NCBI GenBank assembly: GCA_030605195.1
Contig: JAUWBB010000003.1
Span: 1-38,443 of the forward strand
Source: Bacteroidota bacterium
GTDB lineage: Bacteria; Bacteroidota; Bacteroidia; Bacteroidales; VadinHA17
DNA: 38,443 nucleotides
Reading direction: 5' to 3'
Shown here: positions 20,112 through 29,723 of the stretch, one piece after another
Layout: each line of letters begins with the position of its first letter
Numbering within the stretch: position 1 is the stretch's first letter
Made by a program: the position numbers and the translations under genes
The notes under the pieces: generated by a model
The model's input: only the letters and a program-made list of their open reading frames with translations
Told to the model about the DNA's origin: nothing
Databases searched by the model: none

Positions 20112-20879
20112 TTATTTTATATCAATATCAACTACAGCAACTCTTTGAAAAGATATATGCTCCTTATATTTCACATAGCCAAGCTGATTGGTTAGTAAGC
20201 GAGTTGTTCCTATTTCAAAGACCGGGATATTGCAGTGATGATGTCCATAAAGCCAAAAGTCAATATTGGATTGTTCTATAAAATCATACATCTCGGTAGC
20301 AAAAGCTTCATTTAATTCATCATCTTTATATTTTTCCGGATAATGTAAAAACGTAGGTACATGGTGCGTAATCATAAAGGTTGTACTTGCCTCGTTTTCA
20401 TTTACGGCCTCTTTAATAAATAGCTTGCTATCATTGTGTTGTTGGTTGGCATGCAAAGGAGTATAAAGTTCATCATTAAATTTGATAACATGAAAATCAG
20501 ACAAGTTTTGTTGAATGGCCCATTGATGAGCGGGACTAATTTCTGACCATAATGTGGAGAAAATAAATTTCACGTTTTGATGTTGCACGGACTGGTTATT
20601 CACCAGAAAAACATTGCTCCTGATCGCCTCTTTAATAACGCCATATTTATCCGCCAAATCAAAATGATAGTACTCATGATTACCGGGTATCCAATAAGTG
20701 ATTTCGAAATGATCTGAAACATAATCAAAGAAATCGGCATGTTTATTTAATATTGCAAAGGGAACAATATCACCAGCCAGCAACAAAATTTCGCCCTTGG
20801 GTTTTATAGGATTTAATTTTAAGAATTCCTTATTTTCACGAAATTCCAGATGCAGGTCTGAGCAATATTGAACTGTCAT
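20112..20879 (-). CDS. Calcineurin-like metallophosphoesterase
   Basis: SDLH, AGD, PGNHEYY, THHVP and GHHH motifs all present. Confidence 0.93.
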   Translation of the reverse strand: MTVQYCSDLHLEFRENKEFLKLNPIKPKGEILLLAGDIVPFAILNKHADFFDYVSDHFEITYWIPGNHEYYHFDLADKYGVIKEAIRSNVFLVNNQSVQHQNVKFIFSTLWSEISPAHQWAIQQNLSDFHVIKFNDELYTPLHANQQHNDSKLFIKEAVNENEASTTFMITHHVPTFLHYPEKYKDDELNEAFATEMYDFIEQSNIDFWLYGHHHCNIPVFEIGTTRLLTNQLGYVKYKEHISFQRVAVVDIDIK

Positions 20880-20880
20880 A

Positions 20881-22135
20881 TTATATCCCCAATTCTTTTA
20901 AATATTTGTTCATTTCACTTTTTACCACTTTTAATTCCTTTTCCAGCTCCTCGATTTCTCTCTGAACAGCAGGAATATCTACCTCTTCCTTTTCTTCAAA
21001 AGTGTCCACATATATTGGAATATTAAGGTTATATTCGTTTACATTAATCTCATCAATGTTTGCCCGGTACGAGTATTTATTTATAGTTTCAAACTTTTTG
21101 TATGTAGCTACAATATAGTCAATATTTTTATCCTTCAGTTTATTCTGATTTTTACCATCCTGGTACTCACGGCCGGCATCAATAAACAACACATCCTGTG
21201 TCTCTTTTGCTTTTTTAAAAATCATAATGGCAGCCGGAATACCTGTACCATAAAACAATTTTGCAGGTAGTCCGGCCACAGCTTCCAACAGGTTTTCGTC
21301 AATAAACTGTTTGCGGATTTTCCCTTCTGCCCCTCCTCTGAAAAGCACTCCGCGAGGGACAATTACTCCAATTTTACCGTTTATATCCAAAGCGCTTTCA
21401 ATCATGTGAGTGATAAAAGCATAGTCTCCCGTACTCTTTGGTGGGATGCCTCGCCAGAAACGGTTGAATTTATCAGCCCCGGCATTTTCAGCGCCCCATT
21501 TGTCGAGTGAAAACGGAGAATTGGCAACCACAATATCAAACTTCATTAATTTGTCATCCTCAATCAACTTTGGATTATTAATGGTATCGCCCCATTCTAA
21601 CTTTGCATTATCTTTTTGATGCAAAAACATATTCATTTTACACAATGCCCAGGTACTTCCATTGCTTTCCTGACCATACAATGAGAAATCTTCAGATCCT
21701 ACTTCATTTGCCACTTTGATTAACAAAGACCCTGATCCACATTCAGGATCATAAAACCGGTTACCCGGTTGAGGGTTAAGCAGTTTAGCCAACCACATGG
21801 ATACTTCGGCGGGTGTGTAAAATTCATCACCCTTTTTACCTGAATCACCTGCAAAACGGGCAATAAGATATTCGTACGTATTACCAATTATATCCTGATT
21901 GCCAATGTGTGATGGTCTCAAGTCGAGATTTGTATCTGCCTAATGCTCTTTTCACTCTTACCTCATCGCCACTATACTTGATTCTGTAATCTTCCTCTTT
22001 GTCTTTCCACACATCACTCAAGTATTTCAAAAACAGAAATACCAGAATGTAATTTTTATATTCAGCAGGATCGACCACTCCGCGAAAAGTATCGCATGCT
22101 TTCCAGGCTATTGCATTTATTTCATTTTGATTCAC
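20881..22135 (-). pseudogene. hsdM: Type I R-M N6-adenine methyltransferase subunit M, frameshifted and internally deleted
   Basis: N-terminus AWKACDTFRG..YKNYILVFLFLKYLSD (21881-22135) is out of frame with the C-terminal part (20881-21921); altered motifs GDEFYTP, DPECGSG, NSPF. Confidence 0.9.
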
Positions 22136-22162
22136 TTTTGGCTATATAAATGTTATTTTAAT

Positions 22163-22253
22163 GTATCGGAATTTACTCTCCGCCTCCCGATAGTTATCGG
22201 GATGGCGGATCATGAGATCACCCCGATAGCCATCGGGGCTAAGTTCAATGTTT
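22163..22253 (+). repeat. 91-bp modular palindromic repeat, copy 2
   Basis: 86 of 91 nt identical to the reverse complement of 12048-12138. Confidence 0.92.
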
Positions 22254-22261
22254 TGAGGTTT

Positions 22262-22305
22262 ACAAACAATTAAACAATTAACAATTAAAAATTAACAATT
22301 AAAAA
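22262..22305. repeat. AACAATT tandem repeat
   Basis: acaaacaattaaacaattaacaattaaaaattaacaattaaaa. Confidence 0.7.
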
Positions 22306-22539
22306 AAATTATTAAAGTTGTTTTTACGTTACAACCGTCTTATTCCGTTCTGCTGTTTCAATTGATTTTACAAAGATGGAAACTAATTCACCACATTCTT
22401 TTACATGATGTCAGGTGTTTCCACCTGACATTGAATACTGGAGTAATTAAAATTTTGCTCATTAACTGTCGGATGGAAACATCCGACAGCATAGTAAACG
22501 ATGAATCATTTTTAGACCGACTTTATTATTTATCATTTG

Positions 22540-22660
22540 TCCCGATAGCTACCGGGATCGAAATTTTGCCTGCCAAAGGCATTCTCCCAAAGGGATTCCT
22601 TCGGAGCTTCGGAAGAAGGCATCCCTTTTCCCGGGGGGATCTCTTTGAGAGGGAGAAATT
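22540..22660. repeat. Cluster of short GC-rich palindromes
   Basis: TCCCGATAGCTACCGGGA (core of the 91-bp repeat), TCCCAAAGGGA, CCTTCGG, ATCCC...GGGAT. Confidence 0.6.
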
Positions 22661-22752
22661 TATTTTGCCAAAGGCATCACTTTCTGAGATATTTGAGGCT
22701 TGGTTATTAAAATTTCCGGTTAACCCGGTTAGGGATGAAGCAAAGGATTTTA

Positions 22753-22760
22753 TAACTTTG
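22753..22760 (+). promoter_or_regulatory. Putative -7 promoter element for the AspT/YidE transporter
   Basis: TAACTTTG, 37 nt upstream of ATG 22798. Confidence 0.55.
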
Positions 22761-22797
22761 CAGGCTGAATTCGTAAAGGGTTTGATTGTACCGTCTT

Positions 22798-24384
22798 ATG
22801 GAATTGTTATCCAATAGTTATTTCGCCCTGTTTCTGATCATTTCTTTGGGTTTTATTCTTGGTAATATCAGAATTAAGGGAATTTCGCTTGATGTATCAG
22901 CAGTTATATTTGTAGCCCTGGTTTTTGGACACTTTGGTGTTCAGGTGCCAATAGATTTTCAGAACATAGGCCTTTTGCTCTTTATATTCACCATTGGCAT
23001 TCAGGCAGGTCCGGGATTTTTTCAATCGTTTAAAAAGAGTGGGGTACAACTGGTTTTGATGCCAATTGTCCTGATCCTTGTTGCCGGTCTTTCAACAGCC
23101 ATTCTGGTTATTATCTTCCGGATAGATTCAAAAATTGCTGTGGGTCTGTTTACCGGCGCCTTAACCAGTACTCCGGGATTGGCTGCTGCAATCGATAGTA
23201 CAAATTCCTCCCTGGCATCCATAGGTTATGGTGTTGCTTATCCATTTGGGGTAATTGGCGTAATATTGTTCGTCAGGTTTTTACCCAAACTATTGCATGT
23301 AAATACCGAGACCGCTGAAAAAGAAATAAAAAAGAAAACCCTGGAAGAATATCCCGAAATAATAGGCAAGAATTTCATAGTAGAAAACCAGATTATTTTT
23401 GGGAAGACCATAGGTGAGCTTAATATACGGTCAATGACCGGTGCCAGTATCTCCAGGGTTTTAACGGAAACATCTGCAATTGCACCTTCTTCAGAAACAA
23501 CTTTAAATAAAGGCGATTTAATCAAAGCCGTTGGAACAGAAGAGGCTCTTGAAAAAATAAAACTGCTCATCGGATCAGAAACCAACCAGGAAATACCGTT
23601 AGGTAAAGATTATGAGGTCCAGTCTATTCTGGTTACAAACAAAAAAGTAATCAATAAAACCATCGGACAACTGAACTTGCTGTCCGGTTATAATGCTACC
23701 ATCACCAGGATCCGCAGGAGCGGTATCAATATAACACCATCCTTCAGCTCTCACATTCGCTTTGGTGATAAACTAATGATTGCCTGCGACAAGGAAAACA
23801 TGAAAGGAGTAATCCGTCTTCTGGGGAATGACAATAGAAAACTATCAAACACCAATTTCTTTCCTATTGCCGCAGGAATTGTACTGGGAGTTCTGCTAAG
23901 TAAAATAAAAATCAGTTTTTCCGATAGCTTTACTTTCAGTCCGGGTCTGACCGGGGGCGTTTTAATCGTTGCATTGATTCTTGGATATTTTGGAAAAACA
24001 GGTCCTGTTATCTGGACCATGTCGGGAAATGCAAATCAACTATTACGACAACTGGGCTTGTTGTTTTTTCTTGCAACCGTAGGTACTCATGCAGGTGAAC
24101 ATCTGGCAGATACTTATCATGTTTATGGTATTAAGTTATTTTATATCGGGGCGATCATAACGGTAATACCAATGTTTGTAAGTGCCTTATTTGCTCATTA
24201 TACCTTTAAGATGAATATTTTAATCATTTTAGGGGTCTTAACGGGAGGTATGACCAGTACACCGGGTTTAGCAGCCGTAGACTCTATGACGGAGACCAAT
24301 ACCCCGCACGTTGCCTATGCAGCCATATACCCTATCGCAATGGTATTTATTATTATTTGTGTACAGATTTTAACTCTTATTTAG
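22798..24384 (+). CDS. AspT/YidE/YbjL family antiporter with two TrkA-C domains
   Basis: Duplicated GALTSTPGLAA / GGMTSTPGLAA motifs, IGIQAGPGFF, central soluble region (ITRIRRSG). Confidence 0.92.
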   Translation: MELLSNSYFALFLIISLGFILGNIRIKGISLDVSAVIFVALVFGHFGVQVPIDFQNIGLLLFIFTIGIQAGPGFFQSFKKSGVQLVLMPIVLILVAGLSTAILVIIFRIDSKIAVGLFTGALTSTPGLAAAIDSTNSSLASIGYGVAYPFGVIGVILFVRFLPKLLHVNTETAEKEIKKKTLEEYPEIIGKNFIVENQIIFGKTIGELNIRSMTGASISRVLTETSAIAPSSETTLNKGDLIKAVGTEEALEKIKLLIGSETNQEIPLGKDYEVQSILVTNKKVINKTIGQLNLLSGYNATITRIRRSGINITPSFSSHIRFGDKLMIACDKENMKGVIRLLGNDNRKLSNTNFFPIAAGIVLGVLLSKIKISFSDSFTFSPGLTGGVLIVALILGYFGKTGPVIWTMSGNANQLLRQLGLLFFLATVGTHAGEHLADTYHVYGIKLFYIGAIITVIPMFVSALFAHYTFKMNILIILGVLTGGMTSTPGLAAVDSMTETNTPHVAYAAIYPIAMVFIIICVQILTLI

Positions 24385-24407
24385 GCAAATACGGGTTCAA
24401 AACAAGC

Positions 24408-24719
24408 TCATTTCCATTCATCCTTTTTCTCCACATCAAATTCCTGCCCATCCATCCACCAGATCGCTTCAAGAGGTGGGATCACAAAGTCGAAATAGTT
24501 TTTAAGTTGAAGTTCCGGATTTTTCTTCAACATAAACTTTAAGGTATAGGCTGTACCATAAAGAGCCTCAATGCCTTCCTGAAACTCGGGGTTTTCATTC
24601 GGATCCCCTTTTCCATCCACAGATATATATTTCATATCAGGCACTTCCAGATAAGAAACCTTCTTTTGTGATGCCGAATACAATGTTCGGTATTCCTTTT
24701 TAAAATCAATTTTTTTCAT
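24408..24719 (-). pseudogene. GyrI-like small-molecule-binding protein, C-terminally truncated
   Basis: KIDFKKEY..LY, VDGKGDPN, EALYGTAYTLKF, PPLEAIWW; stops at aa 103, about halfway through the usual domain. Confidence 0.75.
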
Positions 24720-24769
24720 TTTTAACTATTTGTTTATTAATTGTTTTGCTACTTATACTTAATTAATAT

Positions 24770-24831
24770 GTATCGGAATTTACTCACTTCGTTCATGAGA
24801 TCGCCCCGATAGCCGTCGGGGCTAAGTTCAA
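24770..24831 (+). repeat. Modular palindromic repeat, copy 3 (short form)
   Basis: Same flanks as copy 2, with ACTTCGT replacing the 31-bp inner palindrome. Confidence 0.88.
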
Positions 24832-25008
24832 AAACATAATCTGATATACAATGAGTTATGCCTCTTTCTAATTGCCTTATTCCACAGTCATTCAAATTTA
24901 GCAGTTTCATTTGAATAGTATTAACCTTTTTAATTACTTTGCGAAGCTATGTTCTTGTTTTATTGCCAAAACTTTGTAATTTATGCAGTCTAACTTTAAT
25001 GTAAGCTG

Positions 25009-28000
25009 ATGAAATACACCACATTCTTCCGTAAACCTATAACGTGGATTGTTTTTGCTATAATTGCGATAGTCAGTGCAATCTATGCTTATTTTAATTT
25101 CGATAAAGCCAATCCTATTGTCAGCCTGGAGATTACAATGAATCGTGAAACAGCTCTGGAAAAAGCTTCATCACTGGCAAGAAATTATGAATTGGGGCCT
25201 GACGATTATAAAACGGCAGCAGTTTTTACGAACGATGAGCGTTTCAAGAATTTTGTTGAACTGGAGGCCGGAGGTCTTGAAAAGTTTACTGAAGTGCTGG
25301 AATCCGGTTTGTATTCTTCATATAATTGGAAAGTCAGGCATTTTATGGAGCATGAAACAAACGAAGTTACTTTTTATTTTACGCCCAGAGGTGACATTTA
25401 CGGCTTTTTTGAAAAGCTGGCTGATTCAGAAAAAGGAGCGGCGCTTGAAGAAGAAGATGCATTAAAAATTGCCATAGAAGAAACCCAAAAGCACTGGAAT
25501 GTCACCTTTGCCGGATACGAACTTGTTGAGGAGTCAAAAGAAGAAGTGGAAAGCGGCAGGATAGATCATTCCTTTATTTACGAGCGTCATGATAAGCAGA
25601 TTGGAGAAGGAAGGTACAGATTACGGCTGATGGTCAGTGGTGATAAACTCACACAGGTAAAGCATTTTGTCAAGATTCCGGAAGAATTTGACCGGCGTTA
25701 TACCGAGATGCGATCCCAAAACGATTTGGTCGCTACATTCGGGGCAGTGGGTCTTGTAGTAATTTACGGACTGGGAGGAGTAATCATTGGATTATTTTTC
25801 TTGCTTCGCCGTCGTCAGCTAATATGGAAACCGGCTGTCATCTGGGGATCTATTATTGCTTTGGGTTCGGTTTTTTTGGTGTCTCTCAATGTAATTCCGT
25901 TATCCTGGTTTAGTTACGATACCTCAGCATCTGCCGGGAATTTTATAACGAACATAATTGTTAACAGCTTGCTTGGAGCTCTTGGTATCGGAGCAATGAT
26001 TACCATTACTTTTATAGCGGCAGAAGGTCTGGGCAGAATGGCCTTTCCGCATCATGTTCAGCTTTGGAGGGCATGGGGAAGCCAAGCCGGAGGTTCTTTA
26101 TCTTTGCTAGGCCAGACCATGACCGGTTATCTTTTTATGGTGATTATGATCGGGGTTGATGTCTTGTTTTATGTTGTTACCAAACATTTCGGCTGGTGGA
26201 GCCAGGCCGGTAATCTGTCAGACCCAAATATTCTCGCCAATTACATGCCGTGGTTTAACTCGGTTGCTATTTCACTTCAGGCAGGTTTCTGGGAAGAAGC
26301 CCTTTGCCGTGCGGTTCCGCTGGCAGGGATAGTATTGCTTACCCGCAACTCGAAGTACAAAAATTTTTGGATTATTCTTGTGCTAATACTTCAGACCTTT
26401 ATTTTCGGGGCTGCCCATGCCAATTATCCGCAACAGCCTTCATATGCCCGTGTGCTGGAAATGGTAATTCCATTTGTCATCATGGGGTTGATCTATATAG
26501 GATACGGGTTGATTCCTGCAATTATTGCTCATTATGCTATCGATGTTTTCTGGATATCCTTGCCGTTGTGGGTAGCAAGTTTTCCGGGAATCTGGTTCGA
26601 CCGGATTATGGTCATTCTTCTTTTCTTTGTGCCTCTTTGGGTGGTGTTGTATTTTCGTTTGAAGAACAAAAAATGGAAAAAAATTCCGGAAGAGTTGAGA
26701 AATGACGCGTGGAAACCGGCTCTAAAAGTTGAGGAAATCAAGGAGAAAATAGAAATCAGCCCCGAAAAAAAATCGTTAGGTAAATTTTTAATCCCTGCAG
26801 GTTTTGTCGGTTTGGTACTATGGCTAACTTTTACTCCGTTTACCCAGGATGCACCAAAATTAGAAGCTTCCAGATCACAAGCCATTGAAATAGCTTCAAA
26901 AGTGCTTGTGGAAAAATTTGGCATTAAGCCCGGTGAATGGACGATTTTGTGCAACATGATTGAAGAAACCACACTTCAGCATAAATTTATCTGGCAAGAA
27001 GGAGGGAAAGAAAATTATGAAAAACACCTTGGGAGTTTCCTTCCGCCGCCAAGATGGTCGGTCAGGTTAGTGAAAACAAAAGGTAAAGTTGAAGAACGAT
27101 CAGAAGAATATAGTGCGGTTATTGATGTCAGTGGAAATGTGCTTAAAGCTTATCATAAAATTCCCGAAAAAAGGGAAGGCGCATCAATGGAACAGGCACA
27201 AGCCCAGATTTTAATTGACTCTGTGCTAATTAATGACCTGGGACAAGAAAGAGAAAAGCTGAAAGAGATATCCATTACCCCGAAAAAGCTGGATAACCGG
27301 AAAAATTGGACTTTTGTGTATGCCGATACATTGAATTATACCCTGGAGAAAGGCCAGGGCAGATACCAAATTTCCATTGACGGCGATGAGGTTGTTTTGG
27401 TTTCCTCTTCTGTACATATTCCTGAAGATTGGGAAAGAAATTATGACGATCAGCAGAGTAAACGGAGCATAATACGAACAATTGGAAAGGTTTCCATAAT
27501 TATCATAGTGATTGCCGCTATGGTTTTAGGTATCATTCGGTGGACACGTAAAAGATTTTCCGTAAGGCTGTTCCTGTATTTTACCATCGGTTTGTTTGTT
27601 TTGTTTTTTCTGGACGAATTCCTGAGCTGGAACACCTTGATAGCCGGCTATCAGACCAGTTTGCCCATGAATAATTTTATTACCATGATGGTTGTTTCTA
27701 TGGCTATCGGTGGGATTTTTATTTCTGCAGGGTTAGGGATTATTGGAGGGATGTCGGTTAATCTGATCCCTGCCGGAGAAGCGGGGAAATATGACATATT
27801 AAAGGCTACAGGACTTGGCTTGGCAGTAATGGGACTGTTTGCTTTGTTTTCGGAGCTTGAAGTAAAAAATTCACCTTTTTGGGGTGAATTCCTGGCAGCA
27901 AATTCCAAATGGCCGGTTATAAGCATTGGTATCGCTAAAATTCATAAATATATTTTGTTAACCGGTTTCTTACTGACCCTTTATTCCGGACTTCATACTT

Positions 28001-28335
28001 TGACAAAAGGCTGGTCAAAGGGCCGGTTATTGTTTGGAACATTGGTCGTTCTTTTGGGAGTACTGATTGAAGCCGGTTCACTCGAAAATTATTTTTACTG
28101 GTTAATATCGGGAGGAATCCTCGGACTTATTCTACTGGGATTATATATTTTGTTTATCAGGTATCACTTTGAATGGATTCCTTTGATTGCCATGGTACCA
28201 ATTGTGCTCGAAATTCTAAAAATCACATTTACATGTGCCATACCTGCAGCTTTAACCGGCGGAATTTTAGGATTAATTTTTATAGGAGCTTTGAGTTGGT
28301 GGTGGTACTCCAAATTTTTAAAGCATAAACCATAA
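25009..28335 (+). CDS. Large CPBP (CAAX/Abi) family intramembrane glutamic protease with internal duplication
   Basis: FWEEALCR, FGAAH and IIAHYAID motifs; two similar extracytoplasmic domains, each followed by a TM bundle. Confidence 0.85.
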   Translation: MKYTTFFRKPITWIVFAIIAIVSAIYAYFNFDKANPIVSLEITMNRETALEKASSLARNYELGPDDYKTAAVFTNDERFKNFVELEAGGLEKFTEVLESGLYSSYNWKVRHFMEHETNEVTFYFTPRGDIYGFFEKLADSEKGAALEEEDALKIAIEETQKHWNVTFAGYELVEESKEEVESGRIDHSFIYERHDKQIGEGRYRLRLMVSGDKLTQVKHFVKIPEEFDRRYTEMRSQNDLVATFGAVGLVVIYGLGGVIIGLFFLLRRRQLIWKPAVIWGSIIALGSVFLVSLNVIPLSWFSYDTSASAGNFITNIIVNSLLGALGIGAMITITFIAAEGLGRMAFPHHVQLWRAWGSQAGGSLSLLGQTMTGYLFMVIMIGVDVLFYVVTKHFGWWSQAGNLSDPNILANYMPWFNSVAISLQAGFWEEALCRAVPLAGIVLLTRNSKYKNFWIILVLILQTFIFGAAHANYPQQPSYARVLEMVIPFVIMGLIYIGYGLIPAIIAHYAIDVFWISLPLWVASFPGIWFDRIMVILLFFVPLWVVLYFRLKNKKWKKIPEELRNDAWKPALKVEEIKEKIEISPEKKSLGKFLIPAGFVGLVLWLTFTPFTQDAPKLEASRSQAIEIASKVLVEKFGIKPGEWTILCNMIEETTLQHKFIWQEGGKENYEKHLGSFLPPPRWSVRLVKTKGKVEERSEEYSAVIDVSGNVLKAYHKIPEKREGASMEQAQAQILIDSVLINDLGQEREKLKEISITPKKLDNRKNWTFVYADTLNYTLEKGQGRYQISIDGDEVVLVSSSVHIPEDWERNYDDQQSKRSIIRTIGKVSIIIIVIAAMVLGIIRWTRKRFSVRLFLYFTIGLFVLFFLDEFLSWNTLIAGYQTSLPMNNFITMMVVSMAIGGIFISAGLGIIGGMSVNLIPAGEAGKYDILKATGLGLAVMGLFALFSELEVKNSPFWGEFLAANSKWPVISIGIAKIHKYILLTGFLLTLYSGLHTLTKGWSKGRLLFGTLVVLLGVLIEAGSLENYFYWLISGGILGLILLGLYILFIRYHFEWIPLIAMVPIVLEILKITFTCAIPAALTGGILGLIFIGALSWWWYSKFLKHKP

Positions 28336-28344
28336 ATTATTTTG

Positions 28345-28560
28345 CTCCCTACGCCATGTTCTCTATGCTTTGCGTTGTATTCTCTGGACCAAGGGCTCCA
28401 TACTACACACCTCAACAATTCGGCCATTTAACAATTTAACGATTTCCCGTAGAAATCCTTCGGATAATCACTACATTATTCGTCAATCGTTTGTTCGTCA
28501 TTCGATTATCCGGCAATCCTCAAAATCTCAAATCAGCATTTTAAAATCCAAAAATCCTTT
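28345..28560. repeat. Mosaic of short degenerate tandem repeats
   Basis: Consecutive blocks: ctctatgc-like, aacaattt-like, ttcgtcaa-like, aaaatc-like. Confidence 0.55.
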
Positions 28561-28616
28561 TACTTTTCACATATTCTGATCACTTCTTCTTTATCATGCT
28601 TATCATATTTTATGGC

Positions 28617-28624
28617 TACATTTG
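28617..28624 (+). promoter_or_regulatory. Putative -7 promoter element for rsgA
   Basis: TACATTTG, 15 nt upstream of the GTG start. Confidence 0.55.
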
Positions 28625-28639
28625 TATAATTAACTTGGT

Positions 28640-29569
28640 GTGAAAACTGGGCTTGTCATAAAATCTACCGGTAGCTGGTATTCCGTTAAACTGGATAACG
28701 GAAATACAATTAATTGTAAAATTAAAGGGAAATTTCGTATCAGGGGGAGTAGATCAACAAATCCGGTCGCTGTTGGAGACCGGGTGAGAATTTTTGTCGA
28801 TGAGAAAAAACAAATTGGCGTTATTACAGAGATTTTCGACCGAAAGAATTACATCATCCGGAAATCTTCAAAGCTTTCAAAATATTCTCAGGTTATTGCT
28901 GCAAATGTCGACCAGGCTTTTCTAATCGCGACCCTTGTATCTCCTGAAACGTCAAATGAGTTTATTGACCGGTTTTTGGTCACTGCTGAAGCCTATCAAA
29001 TTCCTGTTCATATCATTTTTAATAAAATTGACCTTTACAGCGATCCAATGCTAAACACGCTAAAGGATTTAACATCCTTATACAAAAAGATTGGATATAC
29101 ATGTTATGAAACCTCTGCATTAAAACAGATAAACTTGAAAAAAGTGGGGGCAGCAATGAAAAATAAGATCAACGTGGTTTCAGGAAAATCAGGAGTGGGG
29201 AAATCAACACTGATTAATGCAATTGATTCCAATCTGAATATCAAAACAGCAGAAATCTCGGCATTTCATCAAACAGGAAAACACACAACCACATTAGCCG
29301 AAATGCATGAACTAGTTTTTGGTGGCTATATTATTGACACACCGGGCATTAAAGCATTTGGAATTGTGGATATGCAAAAGGATGAAATTTATCATTTTTT
29401 CCCGGAGATTTTCAGGCTTTCAAAAGATTGTCAGTACTATAATTGTTTACATACCCATGAGCCAAATTGTGCAGTTAAAAAAGGTGTGGAAAACGGAGAG
29501 ATCAGTACATCAAGATACAAAAGCTACATTAACATACTTTCCGATAAGGAAGAAAAATACAGGTATTAA
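28640..29569 (+). CDS. rsgA: Ribosome small subunit-dependent GTPase A
   Basis: NKID, GKSGVGKS, GKHTTT, DTPG, C-terminal CQYYNCLHTHEPNC zinc site. Confidence 0.97.
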   Translation: MKTGLVIKSTGSWYSVKLDNGNTINCKIKGKFRIRGSRSTNPVAVGDRVRIFVDEKKQIGVITEIFDRKNYIIRKSSKLSKYSQVIAANVDQAFLIATLVSPETSNEFIDRFLVTAEAYQIPVHIIFNKIDLYSDPMLNTLKDLTSLYKKIGYTCYETSALKQINLKKVGAAMKNKINVVSGKSGVGKSTLINAIDSNLNIKTAEISAFHQTGKHTTTLAEMHELVFGGYIIDTPGIKAFGIVDMQKDEIYHFFPEIFRLSKDCQYYNCLHTHEPNCAVKKGVENGEISTSRYKSYINILSDKEEKYRY

Positions 29570-29636
29570 GAAATTCCTGATAAGATTTGAATCCCGGTTA
29601 TTTTTATCTTAACTTGTTTATTTATATTTTTACCTT

Positions 29637-29694
29637 TAACATAGTATATTTGATAGTCGGTTAAATTTTTCAAAAAAAAAGTAATCTTAATTTC
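29637..29694 (+). promoter_or_regulatory. 58-bp promoter-like cassette upstream of the hybrid kinase, duplicated at 1242-1298
   Basis: Contains TATATTTG (29645-29652); near-identical copy in the atpD-atpC spacer. Confidence 0.65.
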
Positions 29695-29723
29695 GTTTTA
29701 GGTAATTACAACTCAAATTCGTA

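Noticed and set aside
22362-22817. 151-aa plus-strand ORF
   Set aside because: Runs through the palindrome cluster and the transporter promoter; no domain features, likely spurious.
24381-24410. TGA ending the GyrI-like ORF read as selenocysteine or recoded Trp
   Set aside because: Readthrough adds only ACFEPVFA before TAA, no SECIS is evident and no intact gene in the window needs TGA readthrough; truncation is simpler.
12048-24831. CRISPR array or integron attC sites
   Set aside because: Copies are kilobases apart in mixed orientation, with no regular spacers, cas genes, integrase or clear attC core sites.
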